Below, piece after piece: positions 8,039-17,044 of a stretch of DNA of 64,000 nucleotides. Position 1 is the first letter of the stretch; every line of letters starts with the position of its first letter. The position numbers were made by a program, and so were the translations under genes. Origin of the DNA: Dehalococcoidia bacterium (lineage in GTDB: Bacteria > Chloroflexota > Dehalococcoidia > Lucifugimonadales > G958296245); the NCBI GenBank assembly GCA_963664035.2, contig OY760867.2, positions 192,881-256,880 on the forward strand, read 5' to 3'. The notes below the pieces were generated by a model. It saw only the letters and a list, made by a program, of their open reading frames with translations. It did not search any database and was not told where the DNA came from.

Positions 8039-9148
8039 CTAACCTTCCCCCTGAGGGGGAAGGGATTCTGAGATGGGGCCGCGGCCCAGCACGTCGGCGC
8101 GCATGGCCCTGACGTCTACGCGCGTCCCGGTGCGCGCCGATTCGTTGCACGCCTCCATCAGTACCCAGGTCGCCAGGGTCGAGTCGTGCATCCAGCCGCG
8201 CCCCTCGCCGGTCGTTATCGCGCGGGCGAATGCGTCAAGCTGGAGCACCTCGTCGGCGACCATATCCGTGTGTATGTCTTGCAGGCTGAGGTTCTCCACG
8301 CACGTCCCCTTCCGGTAGAGGCGCAGCCGCCCGGCGTCGCGGCGAATGTTGCCCTTCACCCCGTGAAACTCCCAGTGGCCGCTCCAGCCCGCGAACGGCT
8401 CGTTGACGTGGCCCGCGCGGGTGCCGGTGTAGCAGAAGAGCGCCCCGTTCGCGTACTCCATGAGCGCCTGCCCGCCGGCCGTGCCCGCGACGCCGACCTG
8501 GCCGACCTCATCGTCCCGGACCGTGTGGGTCCTGGCGGTCACGTAGTCGGGAAGGCCCTTGGCGGCGACCAGTTGGTCCAACTGGTGGGAGGCGGCCGCG
8601 TGGAAGAAGAGGCCCTCCGTGAGCGCGTCGAACCTGCCCTCGGTGCGCAGGTCGAGACGCATGGAGAAGCGGCACTCGCCGCCCAGCATCTCGCCGATCC
8701 CGTGCGGCTCGCGCAGCCACTCCCGCATCTTTGCCGCGGCGGGGTTCCACCTCTTGTTCTGCCCCTGCGCGAGCAGCAGGCCGGGGCGCTCGGCGTGGGC
8801 GGCAACGATGCGCCGCATCTCGTCCCGCGTGACCGCAATCGGCTTGACGCACAGCGTATGGAGCCCCAGCCCCAGGCTCTCGACCACCAGCGCGGCGTGG
8901 GCCGCGGTCGACGCGTACACCAGGCAGACCTCCGCCGGGTGGCGTCGCAGCGCCTCGGCGATCGTCCCGTAGACGCGCTCGGCGAGCGTCTCGGCGACGC
9001 TTCCGCCGAGCGACAGGATGCTCTCCCGCGCGCCCTCGACGTCTATGTCCACGCACGCCGCCGGCTCCAGGCTGCCGCACTCTATGAGCGCCTTCAACCT
9101 GGATCGGCCGAACACCTTGCACCCAACGTGAATGGTGGGAATGCCCAT
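8039..9148 (-). CDS. Gfo/Idh/MocA family oxidoreductase
   Basis: 369 aa. Rossmann N-terminus (IHVGCKVFGRSRLKALIE), a variant EKP motif (LCVKPIAVTRDEM). The last 7 codons are encoded by a perfect hairpin at 8043..8063. Confidence 0.7.
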   Translation of the reverse strand: MGIPTIHVGCKVFGRSRLKALIECGSLEPAACVDIDVEGARESILSLGGSVAETLAERVYGTIAEALRRHPAEVCLVYASTAAHAALVVESLGLGLHTLCVKPIAVTRDEMRRIVAAHAERPGLLLAQGQNKRWNPAAAKMREWLREPHGIGEMLGGECRFSMRLDLRTEGRFDALTEGLFFHAAASHQLDQLVAAKGLPDYVTARTHTVRDDEVGQVGVAGTAGGQALMEYANGALFCYTGTRAGHVNEPFAGWSGHWEFHGVKGNIRRDAGRLRLYRKGTCVENLSLQDIHTDMVADEVLQLDAFARAITTGEGRGWMHDSTLATWVLMEACNESARTGTRVDVRAMRADVLGRGPISESLPPQGEG

Positions 9149-9285
9149 TGCTTTGCCCCTGATCGATGAGCCTGCGGACGGGAGGGTTCAGGCAGGCCCC
9201 TCTCAGCCCGTCGCCCGGTAGTATAGCAGGGTGCGTAGACGAGGCTTCACGCGAAGGACTGAAGCTGAGGGCCTGCCCGGCGCTT

Positions 9286-10478
9286 CAGGGCCTTTTCAAA
9301 GTCAGGGTGGGAGTAGGACGACAGATGGCTGGGCATCGAGTCTCTGTGCTCTGCCCGTGAGCGGTTCCTTCGATGACCAGAGCGAGCAGGCGCCTCTGAG
9401 CAGAGTCAAGGCAATGTTCCTGAGCAGGCTGAGCACTGCGCCGCTGCCGTGGTGCTGCATGACGTGACGGTCTTCGCCGAAGCTATCATCCTTGATGTGG
9501 AACAAGCTGTTCTCGATGCCCCAATGCCCTCGCATCAGTGAGAGTGCTCGCCTGGGCCCGATGTGAGACAGGCTGGTGACGGCGTACTGCACGCTTTCGG
9601 TCAACTGGTTGCTTTTGAGGTGTTTGACCAGCTTTCTGACCATGATCACATTGGATAGACCCGGAAAGTCGCTGTAGTCGGCAAGCTCCGATGATAGCCA
9701 CACGGCTCGCTGCTCCAGCCGGCCATGTCCCTTGGTCGTCACTTGTAGATCGGGCTCGCCCGGCTCGGAGAAGAGCATCTGTACGTCTTCGAAGAGCTGG
9801 GGTTGGTTTTTTTGAGCTTGACCACGTAGTCCTTGCCCTCGGCCAGGATGGTTTCGGCAAGGCTCGTATCGGCGTAGAGCGCATCTCCACTCAGCACTTT
9901 CAGACTCGGAAAGTGTGCCGACAGCGACCGGATCCACTCCTCGGCCGCTCTCGGCTCATCCAGGTGGCGAGCTATCTCCACCTGGTCCAGCGCCATCGAC
10001 CCCTCCCGGCTGAACAGATGCAACAGCTTCAACTGCTCATCGTCCTCCCAAACGCCCCGCACACTCTTGCCGTCCATTGACACCACGTCTATCTCGTTGC
10101 CCCGCAGCTCGGCCAACTTCAACACCAAACCCATCAGAGCGGCGCGCACCTCCGATATGGACACCATTCGTAGCAACCTTGACAACGTCGGCACCGACGG
10201 GCTGCGTCTCAACCCCAGCCCGCTCAGCAACTGTGGGTAGCACTCCCCGAATCTGCGCACGGCGCTCAACGAGCGCTGTCCGCACATGAGCGCTAACACC
10301 GTCAGGCTCAATACCCCCTCCAGGGAATGCACTTTCCCACGGCTACGGCGATGGTCCGTTATGCTCCCGAATGCCTCCCGCAGCAGACTGAACTCCTCTG
10401 GCAACGACGGTGGCCCTCTCATTGCGCACCTCCTTGCCTCCTATTCTCGTACTTCTCTTAGACTTTGAAAAGGCCCTG
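9286..10478 (-). mobile_element. ISAs1-family insertion sequence (1193 bp)
   Basis: Perfect 18-bp terminal inverted repeats cagggccttttcaaagtc (9286..9303) and gactttgaaaaggccctg (10461..10478). Flanked by the 9-bp direct repeat CCGGCGCTT (9277..9285 and 10479..10487). The interior encodes an ISAs1-type DDE transposase. Confidence 0.85.
9302..10422 (-). pseudogene. ISAs1-family transposase split by a frameshift at an A7 run
   Basis: ORFs 9739..10422 (N-terminal part, ...GKDYVVKLKK) and 9302..9937 (C-terminal part, NQPQLFEDV...RGHWGIENSLFHIKDDSFGEDR) are contiguous when a -1 shift is applied at the T7 run 9807..9813 (A7 on the coding strand). This could be a pseudogene, recoding, or a homopolymer sequencing error. 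Confidence 0.75.
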
Positions 10479-10577
10479 CCGGCGCTTGGCAGCCTGTTGA
10501 CGTCATCGGCACACATGTAGTAGATTGGAGGTGCAAGGGCCGGGCGTAGCTTCCTGCGGAAGCTATTACTGGCCCTT

Positions 10578-10877
10578 CTAATTGTCGCCCTCTGGGAAGG
10601 TCCCCTGTTCTGCCGACATCCGGTACAACCCTGGTCTGGGGTACCCGTCGTGGCTCGTCTGATCGATGGTTTTCTGCTCGATGATGCGGTGGTAGCGTCT
10701 GATGGCCAACAGGAAGGTGTCTCCTGCGGGAACACTCTTGTAAAGCTCGGCCTCCTCATATTGGCGTATCACCGAGGCAATCATGTCCGCAATCTGCACC
10801 CCAGCAGATGTCTTAGAGTCTCCGAAAAACGGCGTGTCCGTTATGTTAGTGCATGCACGACCCTCCTCCGAGCGGTA
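10578..10877 (-). pseudogene. DUF3800-family protein, 3' fragment truncated by IS
   Basis: The reading frame carries FFGDSKTSAGVQIADMIASVIR, the C-terminal DUF3800-like signature. No N-terminal half is present, and the frame runs straight into the IS end at 10878. Low GC. A hairpin tagcttcc-tgc-ggaagcta lies just downstream of the stop. Confidence 0.5.
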
Positions 10878-12338
10878 TAAGCTCGACTTTGTACAAAACT
10901 TAGAAAAGGACAAGGTAAGCTGACAAGACCGAACCACCACGAAAGGTCATGTCATGCTCACCCTGCCCGATGTCATTGTATCCCTACTCCGTCCGTTCGC
11001 GCCGATGTTTCAGGCCAGGACATGGACGAAAGTGCAGGTGCTGCTCGTCGGCGCAGTCCTGGCCACGCGCAACAGGACCGTCACCTCCGCGCTCCGCGCC
11101 ATGGGACTCAGCGACGAGACTGGCTTCGCTCGGTACCACCACGTTCTCAGCCGCGCTCAATGGTCACCTCTCCAGTTGAGCCGTGTACTGCTGTCGCTCC
11201 TGGTCCAATACCTCGATGGGGGTGACGGGCCGCTGGTATTCGGCATCGACGAGACGCTGGAGCGGCGGCGAGGCCGCCGGATCAAGGCCAAGGGGATATA
11301 TCGTGACGCAGTGCGCTCCAGCGGGAGTCATTTCGTCAAGGCCTCCGGCCTGCGTTGGATAAGCCTGATGTGGCTGACCAACATACCTTGGGCACATCGG
11401 ACATGGGCGTTGCCTGTGCTGACCGCGCTGGCGCCGTCTGAACGGTACTATCAGAAGCTGGGGCGGACTCACAAGAAGCTCACCGACCGACTGGGCGCGC
11501 CAGATGATAGTACAACTCCGTCGCTGGTTGCCCAACCGTCCTTTGGTGACGGTCGCCGACAGCAGCTACGCTGCACTCGATCTGCTCGCCTTCTGCCAGT
11601 CGATGACTCGCCCCGTCACCTTCATTACCCGGTTGCGTCTGGACGCCGCGCTCTACGAACCCGCTCCACCTCGACTGCCCGGACAGATGGGGCGTCCACG
11701 CCTCAAGGGCCAGCGTCTGCCCACGCTCGGGAACCTCCTTGAATGCCACGAGGCAGGCTGGACCAGGATGTCTGTGGCCTGGTACGACGGCGCCATCCGC
11801 GCGGTAGAGATCGTCTCTCAAACAGCGGTCTGGTATCACCCGGGCAAGCCACCGGTGCCCATTCGCTGGGTCCTCATTCGTGACCCCCTACACCAGTTCG
11901 ACTCCCAAGCGCTGCTGTGTACCGATCCTGCGATCAGCCCAGCCCAGATCATCGAGTGGTTCGTGCTGCGCTGGCAGATCGAGGTGACCTTTCAGGAGAC
12001 GCGCGCTCATCTGGGAGTAGAGACTCAACGCCAGTGGTCGGATCGAGCCATATCTCGGACCACCCCTGTGCTGTTGGGACTGTTCTCTTGGATAACTCTC
12101 GCAGCCCACCTGTTGAGAGACCGCCAACTCGCGACTCCACGATCGGCGGCATGGTATGTCAAGTCAGCGCCGACTTTCATCGATGCGATCGCTCTCGTGC
12201 GCCGTCACCTCTGGCTTGCTTCTGAGACTTTCTGCACATCGCCGCAGAAACCCGACATGCGAGAAATCCCAACGCCCATGTTCAACAGGTTCATCGAATC
12301 CCTCACCTACGCAGCGTGAATGTACAAAGTCGAGCTTA
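10878..12338 (+). mobile_element. IS701/IS4-like insertion sequence (1461 bp)
   Basis: 18-bp perfect terminal inverted repeats TAAGCTCGACTTTGTACA (10878..10895) and its reverse complement (12321..12338). The transposase ORFs fill the interior. No flanking direct repeat is detectable. Confidence 0.8.
10954..12319 (+). pseudogene. IS701-like DDE transposase, frameshifted
   Basis: ORFs 10954..11742 and 11504..12319 join as ...HKKLTD|WARQMIVQLRRWLP... if one copy of the tandem CCGA-CCGA (11483..11490) is removed. Candidate DDE residues are FGIDET, TVADSSY and RWQIEVTFQETR. Confidence 0.75.
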
Positions 12339-13515
12339 GCTCATAGAAGACCGGCGGGTCCAGCGCCTGGAAATCGTTCTGAAGACGTATTTGGTCAGGT
12401 TCGTCGAACAAGAAATCCCAGTCCTTCATCTGAGACTGCTTGTTGCTGGTAGAACTGATTATGTGTCTTAGGTTAGACGAAGGGTCTTCCACCAGCTTGA
12501 GCGTCACGGTAGCGCCACCTAGCTGGCCTCCTCGCCTCCAGTGATCGTAAACGTTGAAGGTTGTCTGGCAGCCGTTGACGATCTGGAAGTCCCGAACGTT
12601 CACTTTCGCGGCGTCATCATCCAGCGCCGATACCGCAAAGGACGAGCATACAGCGGAAAGGCCATTGTTCATGAGTTGGAAAAGCGTCCTCTGGTTCGGG
12701 TCATCGAGCGTGGCCTTGATATCCTTGTTGACGGCGACGGCCCCAAGAGGCCCTCTAGGGTTATACCGAAATATGGCGTACTTGTGCTCATCGAATGTCC
12801 TGGCTAACTCCTCGAGAGGAAGGGTTGCGACCAAGCATCTGAATGCGCCAGACCTAGATTCGTGATGACCCGTCGGATCGATTTCCAATGTCAACTCAAT
12901 CTCCCTGACTTCGTTCAGGGAGTCGATGATGCGAGTCAATTCGTCTATGTCTATTATGGTAGCGAGATGCGGAATATCGACATAATCCCCACCGATGGAG
13001 AGAGTCAGTGGGCCATCAGTCCATGCATTTGCACGCCCTTGCAACTGCTTGGTCGCACGAAGGGTAGTCAGATATACGAGTTGGAGCTCGTATCCGTCGA
13101 GGAGGAGATGGCGGAAAGTAGGAATAAACTCCAGTATCTTTTCGTTGGAGACTTCAGCAAGTATCTGAGGAGTAGAGAGCTTGGCGGGCACATCCAAGAA
13201 GCTAGCCAAGTCTCTCATCTTGAGAGTATCGGGGCTGGAACGGTACTTCGACTGGAAGAGATAGACGGTCATGGAGTCGTCATCGACGTAGTACGCGTCC
13301 AACTCCAAGTCGTCCTTGCCGTCGGTGATATTGGCCAGCAGATCGTCCTCGGTAGGAGGATTCTGAATCTGGTCCAAGCGAAGGTCAGCAGCCCAAAACA
13401 GGAACCCTCTTGCCACGTCGCCATCGAACAGGCGGTTGGCTGAGTCGCGGACCCTGTTGGTGATTCTCTCTATTTCCCTGATCTTCTGTTCGTTGCGCTC
13501 CTGGCGGGTGGGCAT
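12339..13515 (-). pseudogene. AIPR-family abortive-infection protein, 3'-truncated by IS
   Basis: Start set at ATG 13515 (MPTRQERNEQ...), with SD GGAGG 5 nt upstream. Contains the IVNGCQTT motif typical of AIPR proteins. The ORF reads into the IS terminal repeat and stops at 12307. About 390 native aa remain, which is shorter than full-length family members as I recall them. Low GC. Confidence 0.65.
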
Positions 13516-13657
13516 AATGGCCTCCGTCGGCTGAGATAGCCGAGGATGAATCGTCGAGGCCATTATAGGAGCTAAGGGCCGTGCGGTCCATAAGCGGCAT
13601 AGCGGGCTGCTGCTTGGGCGCGGCCATAGCCGGGCTGACGAAGAGGCGCCGGGGCGC

Positions 13658-14155
13658 TCAGGCGGGGGATACCTCGTCGAGGCGGCCGGTGGCGCAGTCG
13701 TAGACGAAGCCCCTGACCTGGTCCTTGGCGGGGATGAAGGGGTTGGCCTGGATGCGGGCGATGGACTGGCGCACGTCCTGTTCCAGGTCTCCGAAGGCTT
13801 CGAGCGCGAACGATGGCCTGATGCCGGTGTCGGCCTCGATCATGTCCTTCACGTCGTCGTCGCGGAAGGTGAGCATCCCGCAGTCGGTGTGGTGGACGAG
13901 GACGACCTCGCGGGTGCCGAGGAAGCGCTGCGAGATCATGAGCGAGCGGATCGCGTCGTCGGTCACGACGCCGCCGGCGTTGCGTATGACGTGCGCGTCG
14001 CCTTCGTCGAGGCCGAGCAGCTTGTGGGTGTCCAGCCGGGCGTCCATGCACGCGACGACCGCGACCCCCTTCGCGGGCGGCAGGGGCAGAGCGCCCTTGT
14101 CGAAGCTCTCGGCGTAGCGGGCGTTGTTCTCCAGCATCACATCGGTAGCGGACAT
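13658..14155 (-). CDS. beta-class carbonic anhydrase
   Basis: Zn-ligand motifs CMDARLD and HHTDCGM. Start chosen at the ATG 6 nt after GGAG (MSATDVMLENN...); alternative starts are at 14161 and 14188. Confidence 0.85.
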   Translation of the reverse strand: MSATDVMLENNARYAESFDKGALPLPPAKGVAVVACMDARLDTHKLLGLDEGDAHVIRNAGGVVTDDAIRSLMISQRFLGTREVVLVHHTDCGMLTFRDDDVKDMIEADTGIRPSFALEAFGDLEQDVRQSIARIQANPFIPAKDQVRGFVYDCATGRLDEVSPA

Positions 14156-14260
14156 GGGCATCTCCTTCCGGCGCCAGGGTTCGAGCAAGGCGCGCAGCCG
14201 CTAGTTTAGGCGTATTCCGCCCGCCGCGCAATCCCTGGCCGGCGGCTAGGGACCCGGCCC

Positions 14261-14290
14261 TTGCCATTCGCAGAACGCGCGTGCTATACT
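14261..14290 (+). promoter_or_regulatory. orphan sigma70-like promoter with extended -10 (no downstream plus-strand CDS)
   Basis: TTGCCA (14261..14266), an 18-nt spacer, then TGcTATACT (14282..14290). It points toward the REP hairpin and the GTCTCAT array. The next plus-strand gene is more than 3 kb away. Confidence 0.35.
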
Positions 14291-14326
14291 TCTCCCCATG
14301 CACCACCGGCCACATACTGAGGTTCG

Positions 14327-14354
14327 TAGGGGCGGGTTTCAAACCCGCCCTCCC
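14327..14354. repeat. REP-type palindrome GGGGCGGGTTTCAAACCCGCCC
   Basis: Perfect 10-bp-arm palindrome. The same unit or close variants recur at about 36602, 36813, 37273, 37539, 52098, 52222 and 52447. Confidence 0.9.
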
Positions 14355-14388
14355 AATGCCCGCTGTCCGGACACGGCGGCGATTCGCG

Positions 14389-14501
14389 TGTCTCATTCTG
14401 TCTCATCGCTGTCTCATTCTGTCTTATCCGTGTCTCATTCTGCCTATTTCGTGTCTCCCCCTGTCTCACGGTCCATAGCTGAAATAGACAGAATGAGACA
14501 G
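14389..14501. repeat. phased array of GTCTCAT-type direct repeats plus one inverted copy
   Basis: TGTCTCATTCTG at 14389, 14410 and 14431, and a degenerate copy at 14452 (21-bp spacing). Interleaved TCTCAT/TCTTAT/TCTCAC half-units give an overall period of about 10.5 bp (8 units). An inverted copy ctgtctcattctgtctattt lies at 14482..14501. Confidence 0.85.
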
Positions 14502-14590
14502 TTTCCAGGAATTCCCGGCCGTTCTCGCTGAGCAAGGCCGCAAGAGCGATGCCCCCTCACTCGGCAGGGGCAGGCAAATCGGCGTCCACG

Positions 14591-15427
14591 TCACCATTTC
14601 TTCAGTATGTGGTCCGCGATGGGTATAGCGCGCCGCGCGCCGACGGGGTTGCCAGCCGCGAACATTAGCTCGAACAGCGGGGCGTTATTCGAGTTCGTGA
14701 GCATGCGAGAGCTTTCCGCGACACTATAGAAGACTGTGCTCAAGCGCCTCTTATATCTTTCCGCGATTAGTTTGCTTCCTCGTGCCCTCTCTCGTCTGGG
14801 CTCATCTTCTAGGAACGATAGTTGATGGGAGTCACGATAGCTCTCCTCCCAGTATCCACGACCTCCGAAGATGCGGTCCAACTGCTTCGAAGTCGCTTCA
14901 TCCGGTTCGTTGCCTGTCGGCATCATACGGGCGACCGCCATGAGCGGAAAGAGTATCCAGCAGTCGATCTTCTCAGTAACCGCAATCGCCTCTATCGTCG
15001 TCCAGGATACCTCGATCTTGTAAGGATCCAGAAATACCACCGCGCGGTCGTTCCAAGCCATACCGTCGCAGAACCTGGGTATCTCCGAGTTCGCGTCGCC
15101 TTGGACAATACAGATGCTGCGACCGGCGTGCTCATCTGCCAACGCTCTCAGCGAGGCAACTCGCTCCGGGTCGCTTTCGACGAACAGGAACCTGTCAAAG
15201 GGCTTGTCGTCGATCTCCAGGGCTATACGCGTCGAACCCCTTCGCAACTCTCGAAATTCATCATATTCGCCCGATGTGAACTCGTACGACCCCGACCCGG
15301 CAAAAGCGTCGACATAGGTCAGCCTGAATTGCTGATTCTTCAGGGCAGTGGTGTAAGCGTCCAGGTATTGCCGGAGGATCTTCAGCTTTTGATCTGTCCA
15401 TGGCCCGCCAAACTCTTGAGTGCTCAT
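14591..15427 (-). CDS. tcmP: three-Cys-motif partner protein TcmP
   Basis: Start set at ATG 15427 (MSTQEFGGPWTDQKLKILRQYLDAY...), which overlaps the upstream stop as ATGA. Contains YVDAFAGSGSY, a motif-I-like SAM-MTase signature. It sits immediately downstream of a DUF5131 gene, the defining context of TcmP. GC is lower than the surroundings. Confidence 0.7.
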   Translation of the reverse strand: MSTQEFGGPWTDQKLKILRQYLDAYTTALKNQQFRLTYVDAFAGSGSYEFTSGEYDEFRELRRGSTRIALEIDDKPFDRFLFVESDPERVASLRALADEHAGRSICIVQGDANSEIPRFCDGMAWNDRAVVFLDPYKIEVSWTTIEAIAVTEKIDCWILFPLMAVARMMPTGNEPDEATSKQLDRIFGGRGYWEESYRDSHQLSFLEDEPRRERARGSKLIAERYKRRLSTVFYSVAESSRMLTNSNNAPLFELMFAAGNPVGARRAIPIADHILKKW

Positions 15428-16197
15428 GCTGCCTGTCTGCCGGCCAAGCGGGCCTGGGGCATTTGCATCCAAGTCTCGCCGTCCAGCACTGCCTTGTCTC
15501 CCGAGCGCTTGCCGCGCCTCCCCCCCAACTGCTTGAGGAAGAACGCCACGCCCGCCCTGCGCGACTGGTCCCGCAGGTCTCTAGCCCAATCGAGGTCCAT
15601 GGGCCGCGCTCGCGGGCCGCTCTCTCCTCCCGCGATCACCCACTGGAGCTCGCCGGAGTCAAGCCAACGGCTTAGATCGATCGACCCGAGCAGCGGCTCG
15701 GCGGATACGAAGCGCACCGGGGCCGGCAGCCGCGCCAGCACCTCGATACGCGGCGCGTACTTCTGGTTCTCCACCGACGTGCCGACCCAAACGCCGTCCG
15801 GCCACACGCCTTCATAACGCTCCCGGTTGAGCTCCCACCACCCAACGGCTCTACCCGGCCTCTTCGTCAGTACCTGGAATACATGGCCGCGCCGCTCTGC
15901 CGCCTCGCCCATGACGTTGAAGATCTTCGAAACGAAGTCGTAGGGCACGCGGGGATGGAAGACGTCCGACATGCTGTTGACGAATACGCGCCTTGGACTC
16001 GCCCAGCGCAACGGCGCCTCCAGCCTATCGGGCATCAGGTGAATGTCGCCCGGGTCGCCATGGTATCCAGGCACGCCCATTGCCGTCAGCCGCGGGTAGA
16101 GGGCGAACATGTAGCAGTGATCGCAGCCGGGAGATACCCGCGTGCAGCCCGTAACGGGGTTCCAGGTCTCGTCCGTCCATTCGATGGCCGATGGCAT
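15424..16197 (-). CDS. DUF5131 (phage Gp37/Gp68 family) three-Cys-motif protein
   Basis: 257 aa. The N-terminus IEWTDETWNPVTGCTRVSPGCDHCY carries C-x6-C-x2-C; also has VFVNSMSDVF and FVSAEPLLG. SD GGAGG lies 9 nt upstream of ATG 16197. Confidence 0.8.
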   Translation of the reverse strand: MPSAIEWTDETWNPVTGCTRVSPGCDHCYMFALYPRLTAMGVPGYHGDPGDIHLMPDRLEAPLRWASPRRVFVNSMSDVFHPRVPYDFVSKIFNVMGEAAERRGHVFQVLTKRPGRAVGWWELNRERYEGVWPDGVWVGTSVENQKYAPRIEVLARLPAPVRFVSAEPLLGSIDLSRWLDSGELQWVIAGGESGPRARPMDLDWARDLRDQSRRAGVAFFLKQLGGRRGKRSGDKAVLDGETWMQMPQARLAGRQAA

Positions 16198-16287
16198 GGC
16201 GCTATGCCTCCGTTGTCATGGCACGCATGTTCGTACACGGCAGCTTCTCTTGTCAAGGCTATGGCGGTTGCGTAAACGCTGAGAATG

Positions 16288-17031
16288 CTACGCCGGGTCG
16301 GCGGCGTAGATGGCGCTGGCGGCCTGGAGGCGGCGGACCTCGGTGTAGTCGTCGACGGGGCGGCCCCCGGCGTCCAGGGTGGTGCGCAGCGCGAACTCGG
16401 CGACGTCGGGGCGGTTGTAGCAGACGAAGGCCATGCGCAGCCGCTCGATGGCGCTGCCTGCGTCGTCGGCGGGGTCGGCGAAGAGCAGGGGGCCGGTGTC
16501 CACCTGGTAGCGGTTGCGCTCCGGGTGGATGTTCATGGTCTTGACGGGGTACTCCATGACGACGCGCGCGCCCTCGCGCTCGATCTCGGTTACGGCGACG
16601 AGCGGGAGGTTGTCGATGGTGGCCTGGACGACATCGGAGTCGTCCGCGAGCCTGCGGGTGTTGGGGAAGCGGCGGACGGTCAGCTCGTAGCTGGTGAACC
16701 CGTCCCGTATGGAGATGGGCCGCGAGGTCTCCTTCTGACCGACCCGCCGCGTCATCGAGCCGAGGCCGATGGCCTGCGTGCGCGACCACGCGCCGACGTA
16801 CTCGTGGTTGGGCGCCTGGAAGAGGGTGTCGTCGCGGTACATCCACTCGGTGCGGCACGGGGTTATCAGGAAGAACTCCTCGGACGCGCCGCCGCGCTCG
16901 ACGACCTCGCAGCGGGCGTCGAGCTGGATGCGCGCGCTGTTGCCCCAGGGCATGTGGCCCGGCTTGCGGTCGTCGGGGCGCGGCGGGACGACCCACCTGA
17001 TATACGAGTTGGCGAAGTCGCAGACATTCAC
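16288..17031 (-). CDS. hypothetical protein (247 aa), co-transcribed with aldolase
   Basis: GTG 17031 has SD GGAGG 6 nt upstream, and there is only a 13-nt gap from the aldolase stop. Composition is protein-like. No family recognised. Confidence 0.6.
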   Translation of the reverse strand: MNVCDFANSYIRWVVPPRPDDRKPGHMPWGNSARIQLDARCEVVERGGASEEFFLITPCRTEWMYRDDTLFQAPNHEYVGAWSRTQAIGLGSMTRRVGQKETSRPISIRDGFTSYELTVRRFPNTRRLADDSDVVQATIDNLPLVAVTEIEREGARVVMEYPVKTMNIHPERNRYQVDTGPLLFADPADDAGSAIERLRMAFVCYNRPDVAEFALRTTLDAGGRPVDDYTEVRRLQAASAIYAADPA

Positions 17032-17044
17032 GATGGGCCTCCGG

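Noticed and set aside
8043-8063. Perfect hairpin CCTTCCCCC-tga-GGGGGAAGG as an intrinsic terminator
   Set aside because: It lies inside the last codons of the 8039..9148 ORF rather than after the stop, and no T-tract follows on the minus strand. It is more likely part of a dispersed repeat (with cccttcgacaggctcaggg at 8014..8040) that supplied the 3' end of the ORF.
13572-14396. 274-aa minus-strand ORF and plus-strand ORFs overlapping the carbonic anhydrase gene
   Set aside because: It is Arg/Pro-rich alternative-frame sequence. The 13658..14155 frame carries both beta-CA zinc-binding motifs.
14591-16197. Prophage interpretation because DUF5131 is a phage Gp37/Gp68 family
   Set aside because: There are no capsid, tail, terminase, integrase or lysis genes nearby. 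The pair stands alone with its own promoter, so it is treated as a chromosomal accessory module.
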